From IMG/VR virus record IMGVR_UViG_3300044644_001556: a DNA stretch of 64,000 bases, one strand, 5' to 3'. The position numbers were made by a program, and so were the translations under genes. The notes beneath the pieces are model-generated. The model was not told the origin of the DNA and made no database searches. It worked only from the letters and a program-made list of their open reading frames with translations. Positions 8,140 through 16,551 of this stretch are shown here, piece after piece. Source of the DNA: a virus. The stretch's first letter is position 1. Every line of letters begins with the position of its first letter.

Positions 8140-10148
8140 GTGATAAACCTACTATTAACGTAACTATACATGACGAAGTAAAATGCCAATTTATCGGTAT
8201 TGATAAAACCACAATTGATTACTTATATAATAAATTTAGCTTATTTGTAGAAAATTATAAATTTAACCCTAGATTTCAATTAGGTGTTTGGGATGGTAAA
8301 AAGCAATTTTTTACTAAACAAGGACAAACCTTTGTTTACCTTATGCCTGAAATTATTTCAATTTTAAAATCTAGAAATTATAATATTGAAATAATTGATA
8401 ATAGAAGTCTACCTTTTTACGACGTCAGTGATCCGATAGAAAAAGATTACTTTAGTCATATCATCAATAAAAAAACAAAAAAACCTTACATGTTAACGGA
8501 TCACCAGCATGAAGCTATTAATAAGATGTTACCGATTGGTAGCGGTATAGCTTTAGCTGGAACCGGCTTCGGTAAAGCACAACCTCTATATTGTAAAATA
8601 TTAACGCCTACTGGTTGGACTACTATGGGTGATATCAAATCAGGAGATTTGGTATTTACGCCTAAAAATACGGTTGCTAGGGTGGTTAATACGTACGATC
8701 AAGGTATTACTGACGTTTATAAAATTAATTTAGATGATGGTGGTGTAACTTACTCGCATATAGATCATTTATGGAAAATTTATAATCAAAGATGGTTATA
8801 TAGTGGAGAAGAACCTTTTAGTGTAATTTCTACTAACGAGATTATGGATATATTGAATAATACATCAAAAGATGTTTATTTGCCGGTTATTCCAATACCA
8901 ATTAATTTTAAAAAATATGATTATCATATCGATCCGTATATCACCGGTTGTATATTACCGTTCGTTGAAATCGAAAATGATCAATTAATCATTAAAGAGC
9001 GCAAAGCTAGTACCCATACCCACAGCGAAATAAAAATATCTAATCTTATAGATACATTTAAACAATACGGAATTATTATCAAATATTATGATAAAATCGG
9101 TAGATTAGAAGCGGAAAATAATTCCGGTCAGTTTATTATTGAGGCTGCTAAATCTACCATTATAAATCAAATGGAAATACCGACCACTTACGTATTTTGT
9201 GATAGTAATGATAGATTGCGTTTTTTGCAAGGTGCTTGTGATGTAGGCGGAACATTATCGAAAAATGGACAAATAAGTTTATCAATCCCAAATACTAGAA
9301 TTAAAAATCAAATTAGAGAAATGATTTTACTTCAAGGTGGGTGCCTTGATCCGTTAAATAATAGATCTAGTTACAACAAACGATTAAACTCGACAATTTA
9401 TTTTACTCATCATTATCCAGATGCGTTTTTTACTGAGTTAAGTAAGAAAAAACATTATATTTTACATAAAACGGATAATAGATCGAAATTATCTAAGAAT
9501 AGAAAAATTGTTAGTATTGAACATATCGGACAGGAACCGACTAGATGCATATACATAGATGACGCAGATCATCTATATATTACGGATGATTGTATTATTA
9601 CACACAATACCATTTTAAATGCTACTATGTGTGATGTTTATGCAAAGAAAGGATGCAAAACTTTAACTATAGTACCGGCTACAACATTAATTAATCAAAC
9701 TATTGCTCAATTTAAAGATTTAGGATTATCTGTTGGTCATTATAATTCCGAAAATCAAGATTTAGAACCAGATCATATAATTATGACATGGCAAACATTA
9801 AAGAATTATCCGCATTTGATCAAATTATTTCAGATGGTGGTAGTTGATGAATGTATTGCTGGATCTTCTAGTATTTTATTGGCTAATGGTTATACTAAAT
9901 TAATTCAAGATATTGCAGTTAATGACATTATTATGTCATTTGACGAGGAAGCCGGATATTTCGTAAGTGATCGAGTTAGTAAAGTACATAAAAATTTATT
10001 AAAATCATCTGATGAATTGATGTACGAATTGGAATTCGATAATGGGAACATTTTACAAGTAACTGGAAATCATTTAATTTTAACAGAAGGGGGTTATAAA
10101 CGAGCAGATCAATTAACGGAGGAAGATGAAATAATTAACAGTGGGTGA
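8136..10148 (+). CDS. uvsW: UvsW-like SF2 helicase, N-terminal precursor (cis-intein plus N-half of a split intein)
   Basis: F.P.F..G.WDGK N-domain, AGTGFGK, IVP, TWQ, VVVDE; GTG start overlaps uvsY stop (GTGA). Confidence 0.9.
   Translation: MSDKPTINVTIHDEVKCQFIGIDKTTIDYLYNKFSLFVENYKFNPRFQLGVWDGKKQFFTKQGQTFVYLMPEIISILKSRNYNIEIIDNRSLPFYDVSDPIEKDYFSHIINKKTKKPYMLTDHQHEAINKMLPIGSGIALAGTGFGKAQPLYCKILTPTGWTTMGDIKSGDLVFTPKNTVARVVNTYDQGITDVYKINLDDGGVTYSHIDHLWKIYNQRWLYSGEEPFSVISTNEIMDILNNTSKDVYLPVIPIPINFKKYDYHIDPYITGCILPFVEIENDQLIIKERKASTHTHSEIKISNLIDTFKQYGIIIKYYDKIGRLEAENNSGQFIIEAAKSTIINQMEIPTTYVFCDSNDRLRFLQGACDVGGTLSKNGQISLSIPNTRIKNQIREMILLQGGCLDPLNNRSSYNKRLNSTIYFTHHYPDAFFTELSKKKHYILHKTDNRSKLSKNRKIVSIEHIGQEPTRCIYIDDADHLYITDDCIITHNTILNATMCDVYAKKGCKTLTIVPATTLINQTIAQFKDLGLSVGHYNSENQDLEPDHIIMTWQTLKNYPHLIKLFQMVVVDECIAGSSSILLANGYTKLIQDIAVNDIIMSFDEEAGYFVSDRVSKVHKNLLKSSDELMYELEFDNGNILQVTGNHLILTEGGYKRADQLTEEDEIINSG
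8577..9608 (+). mobile_element. cis-splicing intein, 344 aa, class 3 signature, degenerate LAGLIDADG-like domain
   Basis: GK|AQPLYCKILTPTGW start; block B HLW; block F TRCI; end ITHN|T; FLQGACDVGG. Confidence 0.85.
9852..10145 (+). mobile_element. split intein N-fragment (IntN, 98 aa)
   Basis: DE|CIAGSSSILLANG block A; VTGNH block B; GYKRADQLTEEDEI then tandem TGA TAG stops. Confidence 0.9.
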
Positions 10149-10188
10149 TAGAACCGCATTTATTTACAAATTTTTTTAGGTCATAGAT

Positions 10189-10428
10189 ATGCAACATCAT
10201 TTTAGTATTGAAAAGTATTACAAAGGATTAGAAGACGGATACGTAGAAAAGTCAAAAATATCACAGCGAGTAAATTCGCCCCGATGTTGCGATCCATTAT
10301 TAATTCCGTTTATCTATAATGACCGAGGAGAAAAACAGTTTATAAGTGACGGTGATAGAATTGCAATAATAGATGGAGTTAAGATAATTAAATCTAGTAT
10401 TGTCAGGAAATTTAAAAAATACATATAG
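10189..10428 (+). CDS. hypothetical protein between the split-intein halves
   Basis: 79-aa ORF; no recognised motif. Confidence 0.55.
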   Translation: MQHHFSIEKYYKGLEDGYVEKSKISQRVNSPRCCDPLLIPFIYNDRGEKQFISDGDRIAIIDGVKIIKSSIVRKFKKYI

Positions 10429-10438
10429 AGGCACTAAA

Positions 10439-11014
10439 ATGAGTAACGAAAATGAAGTAACCATTAATAATGGAAATAATGGTAACAATAACGGAAATAA
10501 TGGGAATTCTAATAACGGAAATAATGGGAATTCTAATAATGGAAATAACGGAAATTCTAACAATAACGGTAATCACGATAATGGCCATTCTGGCAATAAC
10601 GACAATTCCGGGAATGGCGACAATTCGCATGATAACAATAACAACGATAATTATATTAATCCTGATGTTGATAGCGATATCCATGAGTTAGATGATATTG
10701 GTGATTCGGATAATATCGACGTAGAAGATCACGACGGTGATAATCCAATCAAACGAATATCATTATATGATTACGATGAAGTTTATTATTCGTTTGATTT
10801 ATCTAGAATAAGTTCTATAGTTATCCACAATAGCAAAACATTTGCTCAAACTGTTAGCTTAAGATTAGAGATAGATAGTACTAAAATTTATAAATTTTAT
10901 ACTAATCATAGAAATACAAAAAATGTTAAAATCGAAAGTTCATTTATTGAACAAGATACTTTTAGACAATTAGTTATAGACTTAGGTTTATACGATTATA
11001 GATTTCCATTTTAA
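10439..11014 (+). CDS. hypothetical protein with Asn/Gly/Asp low-complexity N-terminus
   Basis: ATG 10439 preceded by AGAGG; NNGNNGNS repeats, acidic tract, then a globular-looking C-terminus. Confidence 0.65.
   Translation: MSNENEVTINNGNNGNNNGNNGNSNNGNNGNSNNGNNGNSNNNGNHDNGHSGNNDNSGNGDNSHDNNNNDNYINPDVDSDIHELDDIGDSDNIDVEDHDGDNPIKRISLYDYDEVYYSFDLSRISSIVIHNSKTFAQTVSLRLEIDSTKIYKFYTNHRNTKNVKIESSFIEQDTFRQLVIDLGLYDYRFPF
10487..10558 (+). repeat. three tandem 24-nt units encoding NNGNNGNS
   Basis: AATAACGGAAATAATGGGAATTCT twice exactly, third copy degenerate. Confidence 0.85.
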
Positions 11015-11030
11015 ATGATGAGGAGATGAT

Positions 11031-11363
11031 ATGGAAAATAACGATTTTATTAACGTAGAGCTTTTTATACGTGGTCCGGATTTCCATATCATCGAACCTA
11101 TAGCCGATAAGTGGGCTGATGAGTTTGATTGCTATAGCATTATTAACTGCGGTTATCATTCGGCTTATATTTTTGAGGATTTTAATGTAATATATAAACT
11201 GAAACATTATAAAAATACTTATCTGCCAATATTAGCTGAAAATTTACCAGAAAATGCTTACGTTTTAAATATAACGGATTGGAATGGTAATATTATATAT
11301 ACCGCCGGCAAATATAATATAGATAGAGATAATTCAAAAATAGTCCATCATAGATATAATTAA
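11031..11363 (+). CDS. hypothetical protein between the split-intein halves
   Basis: 110 aa; GAGGAG RBS; stop 1 nt before the IntC gene. Confidence 0.65.
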   Translation: MENNDFINVELFIRGPDFHIIEPIADKWADEFDCYSIINCGYHSAYIFEDFNVIYKLKHYKNTYLPILAENLPENAYVLNITDWNGNIIYTAGKYNIDRDNSKIVHHRYN

Positions 11364-11364
11364 A

Positions 11365-11469
11365 ATGAAATTAATTAAAAGAACATTAATAGAAAAACCA
11401 GAATATGTTTATAATTTAGAAGTAGAAAAAAATCATAATTACGTCGCAAATGGCGTTGTAGTTTCAAAT
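11365..11469 (+). mobile_element. split intein C-fragment (IntC, 35 aa)
   Basis: MKLIKR...VYNLEVEKNHNYVANGVVVSN|C blocks F and G. Confidence 0.9.
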
Positions 11470-12279
11470 TGTCACGGATCAAAAGCAAAAACACTATATG
11501 AATTATTAACGGATTATGGTCAACATATAGTCCATAGATATGGATTAACCGGGACGTTACCGAAAGATCCAGTTAATAAATTACAAGTTCATATTGCGTT
11601 AGGTCATGTAAATTGTTCGTATTCAGCAAAAGATTTAATTGAATCTGGTTGGCTAGCTCAGCCTAATATTACCGTCGTTCAATTAGATGATATTCAATGC
11701 CTTCGAGATGGGGGCGTTAAAAAACCGCACGATTTAATGTACGAAGAAGAAGAACATTTTATCAAATCAAATACTCAACGATTACAATGGTTAGCTGATC
11801 GTATAGTAGCCGATTCTAAAAAATCAAAAGTAGGTAATACTTTAGTTTTAATCAATAATATTAAATTCGGTAAAGAATTGGGTGCATTGATTCCAAATTC
11901 ACATGTTTTAAATGGTTCGAATAAAGATTCAGCTAGAAAAGCAGTTTATGATTTATTCGAAACTAATGATGATGTTATTGCGATCTGTACTAAAGGTATA
12001 GCCGGCGTTGGATTGAGCGTCGATCGTATTTTTAATTTGGTGTTTATTGATGCTGGCAAATCATTTATAGCGACTATTCAGCAAATAGGTAGGGGTCTAC
12101 GAAAAGGTAGAGATAAAGATTCGGTTAATATTTCCGATATCTGTAGTAATATGACGTCAGCTGATGCCCGAATGAAAAAACGAATTGCTTATTATAAAGA
12201 AGCCGGGTATCCATTTAAATTAACTCAAGCGCAATATCATAAAAATACTGAAGTTGACGATATCTTCAATATTGATTGA
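11365..12279 (+). CDS. uvsW: UvsW-like helicase, C-terminal precursor (IntC plus helicase motifs III-VI)
   Basis: After the intein: CH, GLTGT (motif III), GVGLSV (motif V), QQIGRGLRK (motif VI). Confidence 0.9.
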   Translation: MKLIKRTLIEKPEYVYNLEVEKNHNYVANGVVVSNCHGSKAKTLYELLTDYGQHIVHRYGLTGTLPKDPVNKLQVHIALGHVNCSYSAKDLIESGWLAQPNITVVQLDDIQCLRDGGVKKPHDLMYEEEEHFIKSNTQRLQWLADRIVADSKKSKVGNTLVLINNIKFGKELGALIPNSHVLNGSNKDSARKAVYDLFETNDDVIAICTKGIAGVGLSVDRIFNLVFIDAGKSFIATIQQIGRGLRKGRDKDSVNISDICSNMTSADARMKKRIAYYKEAGYPFKLTQAQYHKNTEVDDIFNID

Positions 12280-12323
12280 TTTTTTCATACTATTATACTA
12301 TAATTTAACTTTACATTTAATGA

Positions 12324-13697
12324 ATGGGATCTTTTTATATGTCTATATATAATATTTTGCAAGAATTATCGGAAACTACAAAATCAACAATTAAAATTAA
12401 TATTTTAAAAGAACATATCGATAATGAATTATTAAAACGAGTATTCGTAGCTGCATTATCACCGATCAATATTTATTATATTAAAAAAATTCCAGACTAT
12501 ACTCCATCAGAAAATCCAACATTAACTTTAGATGATGCTTTAAGTAAATTAGTCGATTTTTCATCAAGAAAATATACCGGTAATGCAGCTATTCAACATT
12601 TAACTAATATCTTAAATGCATTATCCGAATCTGATGCTGATATTATTTCAAGAATTATTCAAGGTAATTTAAAATGTGGGGTTAATGAAAGCACCATTAA
12701 TAAAGTATTTAAAGATTTAATTCCAGAATATCCGTATCAGCGATGCTCTCAACTCAAATCAGCTAAAGCCGCAAAATACCCTTGGGATAAAGGAGTTTAC
12801 TCTCAATTAAAAGCTGATGGATTATATGCTAATTTAAATTATTCAAATGTGGGTGAAATTCGTATTTTAACTCGTGCCGGGCGCGAATTTGAATCTCATG
12901 ATCAATTTGCTAATATTATTGATTACGTAAAAAATAATTTTTATAAAAATACTCAAACGCACGGTGAGTTTTTAGTCGAAAAAGATGGTAAAATTTTACC
13001 TAGAGAAATTGGTAATGGTATATTAAATAAAGTTTCTAAAGGTGGAAAATTTGAAGAAAATGAAAAACCAATTTATATGGTTTGGGATCAGATTCCATTA
13101 GATAATGCAGTACCGAAAGGTCGTTATGAAAAAACCTATGATTTTCGGTATAGTGAATTAATTTCTCAAATTAAAACGAGTAAAGCAGATATTCAATTAA
13201 TTAAATCTAAATTAGTTTATAGTCTAGAAGAAGCATTAGCTGATTTTCAATATTGGTTATCTTTAGGTTACGAAGGTAGTGTTATTAAAAATCCGGATGG
13301 TTTTTGGCGCGATGGTACTAGTACCGATCAAATTAAATTAAAATTAATTGTTGAAGTTGATTTAGAAATTGTTGGTTATACTACTGGTACTGGTAAAAAT
13401 AAAGAAATGTTTGGTTCTATTATGACTAAAACGTCGGATGATTTATTAGAAGTAAATATTCCCGGTATTAAAGATGCTATGCGTAAATATATTCATGAAC
13501 ATGCCGATGAATTAATTGGGACTATCGTAGTCGTTAAATTTAATAATATCTTACCACCCACCGATAATAATACTAAATACTCATTATTCCTACCTCGATT
13601 CGTCGAGTTAAGATCCGATAAATTAATTGCCGATTCATTAGAACAAGTTATCGATCAATATGATAGTGCTATTAATAGTATGAAATATTTAGATTGA
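12324..13697 (+). CDS. lig: ATP-dependent DNA ligase, T4 gp30-like
   Basis: QLKADG (KxDG), EGSVIK, KLK, LFLPRFVELRSDK; start may be ATG 12339. Confidence 0.92.
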   Translation: MGSFYMSIYNILQELSETTKSTIKINILKEHIDNELLKRVFVAALSPINIYYIKKIPDYTPSENPTLTLDDALSKLVDFSSRKYTGNAAIQHLTNILNALSESDADIISRIIQGNLKCGVNESTINKVFKDLIPEYPYQRCSQLKSAKAAKYPWDKGVYSQLKADGLYANLNYSNVGEIRILTRAGREFESHDQFANIIDYVKNNFYKNTQTHGEFLVEKDGKILPREIGNGILNKVSKGGKFEENEKPIYMVWDQIPLDNAVPKGRYEKTYDFRYSELISQIKTSKADIQLIKSKLVYSLEEALADFQYWLSLGYEGSVIKNPDGFWRDGTSTDQIKLKLIVEVDLEIVGYTTGTGKNKEMFGSIMTKTSDDLLEVNIPGIKDAMRKYIHEHADELIGTIVVVKFNNILPPTDNNTKYSLFLPRFVELRSDKLIADSLEQVIDQYDSAINSMKYLD

Positions 13698-13722
13698 CAA
13701 AGTATTATTTTTAATATATAAT
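13694..13722 (+). promoter_or_regulatory. sigma70 consensus promoter
   Basis: TTGACA-N17-TATAAT. Confidence 0.8.
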
Positions 13723-13751
13723 CGGTAATATTTAACTACTAGGGATTACCG

Positions 13752-14243
13752 ATGATTTTGCAAAATGAAGAAGGTAAGCCATTCGTTATTGACGATATTA
13801 AAACTACGCCAGCTTATAACTATGTTTGGTGTTTAGATTTAAAAGAACAAGATTATATTTTATCCAATATTAAAATATTGGAAGAAAATACTTGTAGTAC
13901 GATAACTTTAATGGTCAATGGAACTACATTTAAAATGCCTGCGTATTGGTATATTTTAGTATGCGATCCCGAAACGACGCAATTAGATGCGGTTCAAGCT
14001 TCAACATTATCGAATAATATATTTTACGCTTTGGTTTATGGTGCATCGACTAATCAGCCAAGTTTCCTACCTATTCATGTTTTAAATTGGGAAGCCGAAG
14101 AAGTAAATGTTTATCCATCGACTACTAGAAATCTAATGTTATGTCATGATGTCGGCGATGGGAAATGGGTATCGATTTCTTTCTCCGATACGTATAATAG
14201 ATTTCTTAAAGATACTACTGCTAATAATTTGGTGAATTACTAA
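13752..14243 (+). CDS. hypothetical protein, beta-rich
   Basis: 163-aa ORF directly after a consensus promoter. Confidence 0.65.
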   Translation: MILQNEEGKPFVIDDIKTTPAYNYVWCLDLKEQDYILSNIKILEENTCSTITLMVNGTTFKMPAYWYILVCDPETTQLDAVQASTLSNNIFYALVYGASTNQPSFLPIHVLNWEAEEVNVYPSTTRNLMLCHDVGDGKWVSISFSDTYNRFLKDTTANNLVNY

Positions 14244-14322
14244 TGTGGGATATTAAAATAATGTGGGAATATATTAAAATTAAAATATTAGATATATTTG
14301 TTTATTTACTTAGGGGTAAGTA

Positions 14323-14667
14323 ATGGCAGTTAAAAAGAAAAAAACTAATGAAATTAGTGTAAGTGAATTTAAATCTTGGATTTCTGGTATTGAAGATATG
14401 CAAGAAGATGGTTGGGTTCCGAATAAAGTTCAATGGGATAAAATTAAATCTAAAATTAATCTATTATCCGAATCAGTCGATGCAGAGCCGTCAGAAATTA
14501 ACGAACCTCAAAAATATTATCAGCCTGCACCTCAAATGCCATGGCCCCAACCGCCACAATTTCAGCAACAGCCTTGGTTACCTCAAGCTCCTGGCAGTTA
14601 CGGTAATCCACCCAGTTTGGATGACGATATAACATATTCTGATGGTTCAAAACCTGCATTTTTATGA
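14323..14667 (+). CDS. hypothetical protein
   Basis: EFKSWISGIEDMQ..W.P...QW..I domain with Pro/Gln tail. Confidence 0.65.
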   Translation: MAVKKKKTNEISVSEFKSWISGIEDMQEDGWVPNKVQWDKIKSKINLLSESVDAEPSEINEPQKYYQPAPQMPWPQPPQFQQQPWLPQAPGSYGNPPSLDDDITYSDGSKPAFL

Positions 14668-15191
14668 TCGAATTAAAAGATCGAATTTTATGGTATGATG
14701 GTTCTATTAGTATAGATCCGAAAGATATACAGAAATATATTCGAGTAAAAAATTTATTTGTTACTCAATTAACAGACGATATTAAACAATATAATAAAAA
14801 TGTGGTTGATTCCGATCGTATAGTTATTAAGCAAGGGTTAAATGATTTCGATACGAAATGGAATATTCCTGATTTATATTTTAATATTGATGTTTTTGAT
14901 TATATTACGAATAAATTTTTAATGATTTGTGATGATGAGCGATATTCAGATAGTGAAGTGATTTTTAGATTTAAACGAATTAAAACTGAATATTCAATCT
15001 TTAATAAATTAGGATTAAATGATTTACTGCGGACATTGATTTATATTATTGATAAATTTAAACAAAATAATATAGTTTGGGGTGTCGGTAGAGGCAGTAG
15101 CGTAAGTAGTTATATTTTATATCTAATGGAAGTTCATGATATAGATAGTATAACTTACGATTTAGATTTTTCAGAATTTTTAGGGGGTTAA
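14664..15191 (+). CDS. stand-alone fragment of DNA polymerase III alpha (DnaE-like)
   Basis: WGVGRGSSVSSYILYL..VHDID...YDLDF.EFL matches the DnaE GxGRGS...FERFL region. Confidence 0.8.
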   Translation: MIELKDRILWYDGSISIDPKDIQKYIRVKNLFVTQLTDDIKQYNKNVVDSDRIVIKQGLNDFDTKWNIPDLYFNIDVFDYITNKFLMICDDERYSDSEVIFRFKRIKTEYSIFNKLGLNDLLRTLIYIIDKFKQNNIVWGVGRGSSVSSYILYLMEVHDIDSITYDLDFSEFLGG

Positions 15192-15192
15192 T

Positions 15193-15393
15193 ATGAGCTT
15201 TTCTATTCAAGATTTTTTATCTGCTCGCAAACGCGAAGACGAGAAAAAAAAAGAGCAAAATAGACGTAATACCGATACTTCAACTTCTAGTCTAACTGAA
15301 TCAAGTAGTTCATTTGGTTTCGGTAATAGTTATGATGGCGGAAGCTATGATAGCGGAAGTTGTAGCAGCGACGGTGGAAGTTGTGGTGATTAA
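15193..15393 (+). CDS. small Ser/Gly-rich hypothetical protein
   Basis: 66 aa in operon context. Confidence 0.5.
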   Translation: MSFSIQDFLSARKREDEKKKEQNRRNTDTSTSSLTESSSSFGFGNSYDGGSYDSGSCSSDGGSCGD

Positions 15394-15418
15394 ATTTATA
15401 TAATAACGGAGTTTTAAA

Positions 15419-15712
15419 ATGGGAAAAGTAAGAAGCGCTTTAGGTCAAGTTGTAGATTTTGATTTAATGCAATTAATGAATGATTTAAGTACGCCTAAAT
15501 CAAATAAAAAGCCGTATACGCCGCCTGCAGCGGCTCCTATCGACGATATTCAAGTTATAGAAGAAATTCCGGCATCTACGTACTACCAACCAAATTTTAT
15601 TAATGATGTCTCGCCATTAGCTGATAGAATTGATACTCCGGTAGCACAGCCATTACAAGTAGCAGAACCGTTAAATTCGGCCCCACCAGTAACTAAATCT
15701 AAAAAAGGTTAA
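15419..15712 (+). CDS. hypothetical protein
   Basis: RSALGQVVDFDL N-terminus; GGAG RBS. Confidence 0.6.
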   Translation: MGKVRSALGQVVDFDLMQLMNDLSTPKSNKKPYTPPAAAPIDDIQVIEEIPASTYYQPNFINDVSPLADRIDTPVAQPLQVAEPLNSAPPVTKSKKG

Positions 15713-15714
15713 TT

Positions 15715-15999
15715 ATGTTAAAACCATTATACGATTCGATTATTTTTCAATTTGAAGATGAAACTGAAGGGTTGGGGTTTAATAATATTTCAGCTGGGGG
15801 TATTATTTTTAAATCGTACGACCACGATGCGTCATCCGATAGGTACGCTAAAGTATTATATATAGGCGATGATTGTCAATTCGTTAAGGTTGGTGATCGT
15901 ATTTTGGTTGAACGTTTGCGCTGGACTGAAGGATTAAATTATGAAGGCCAGCGTTATTGGCGAACAACCGAAAAAGATGTTATGTTTATATCAAAATAA
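15715..15999 (+). CDS. divergent GroES-like co-chaperonin
   Basis: LKPLYD, GGII, VKVGDRILV, E.DV. Confidence 0.7.
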   Translation: MLKPLYDSIIFQFEDETEGLGFNNISAGGIIFKSYDHDASSDRYAKVLYIGDDCQFVKVGDRILVERLRWTEGLNYEGQRYWRTTEKDVMFISK

Positions 16000-16059
16000 T
16001 ACTTGATATCGTTGTACTATTATATTATAATATAATAAATTAAACTTAGGAAAAATATT

Positions 16060-16395
16060 ATGACTACTATTGAAAATAACTTAAATTTATCAGATACAGT
16101 ACCGACTCAAGTTGGTGATACTTTAGTTTTAAATCCAACTATTTTGCCGGATATTAAAAAATCAACCCAATTAGTTTTACAACGCGTTGAATCTACTGTA
16201 AAGTGTAATCGATATAATCGTAAAAAATTAGCGTATGGTATTATCGGTGATATGATGCAGTTTAATAATAAACGTCGAGTTATTGTCGCTAGATTAATGT
16301 GTGAATTAGGTGTAAATAGTAACTACGCTAACGTTTTAATCCAACAATATCGTACATTAAATGGTTTAGTTGAATCGAGGGCTGATTATGTATAA
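16060..16395 (+). CDS. hypothetical protein
   Basis: 111 aa; AGGA RBS. Confidence 0.6.
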   Translation: MTTIENNLNLSDTVPTQVGDTLVLNPTILPDIKKSTQLVLQRVESTVKCNRYNRKKLAYGIIGDMMQFNNKRRVIVARLMCELGVNSNYANVLIQQYRTLNGLVESRADYV

Positions 16396-16510
16396 TTATC
16401 GTATAATTTATCGGCCGAGATTAAATGGTAATTGGAGCTTATTAAATAATCCGACTTTAGGATTTCCTGATCAAATTTCAGTTAAGATTAACTATAGAAT
16501 AGTATAATAA

Positions 16511-16536
16511 AAAAGCCCATTATATAATGGGCTTTT
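16511..16536. terminator. bidirectional terminator (perfect palindrome)
   Basis: AAAAGCCCATTAT|ATAATGGGCTTTT between convergent genes. Confidence 0.75.
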
Positions 16537-16551
16537 ATTTTGCCTTTATTT

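Noticed and set aside
10300-10691. Overlapping ORFs 10300..10563, 10412..10684 and 10470..10691
   Set aside because: Shadow frames kept open by the low-complexity repeat.
10146-11364. Self-splicing intron or stop-codon readthrough as the explanation for the helicase break
   Set aside because: The gap is filled with ORFs carrying their own RBSs, I see no group I/II core, the N-gene ends in two stops, and IntC has its own typical Met start.
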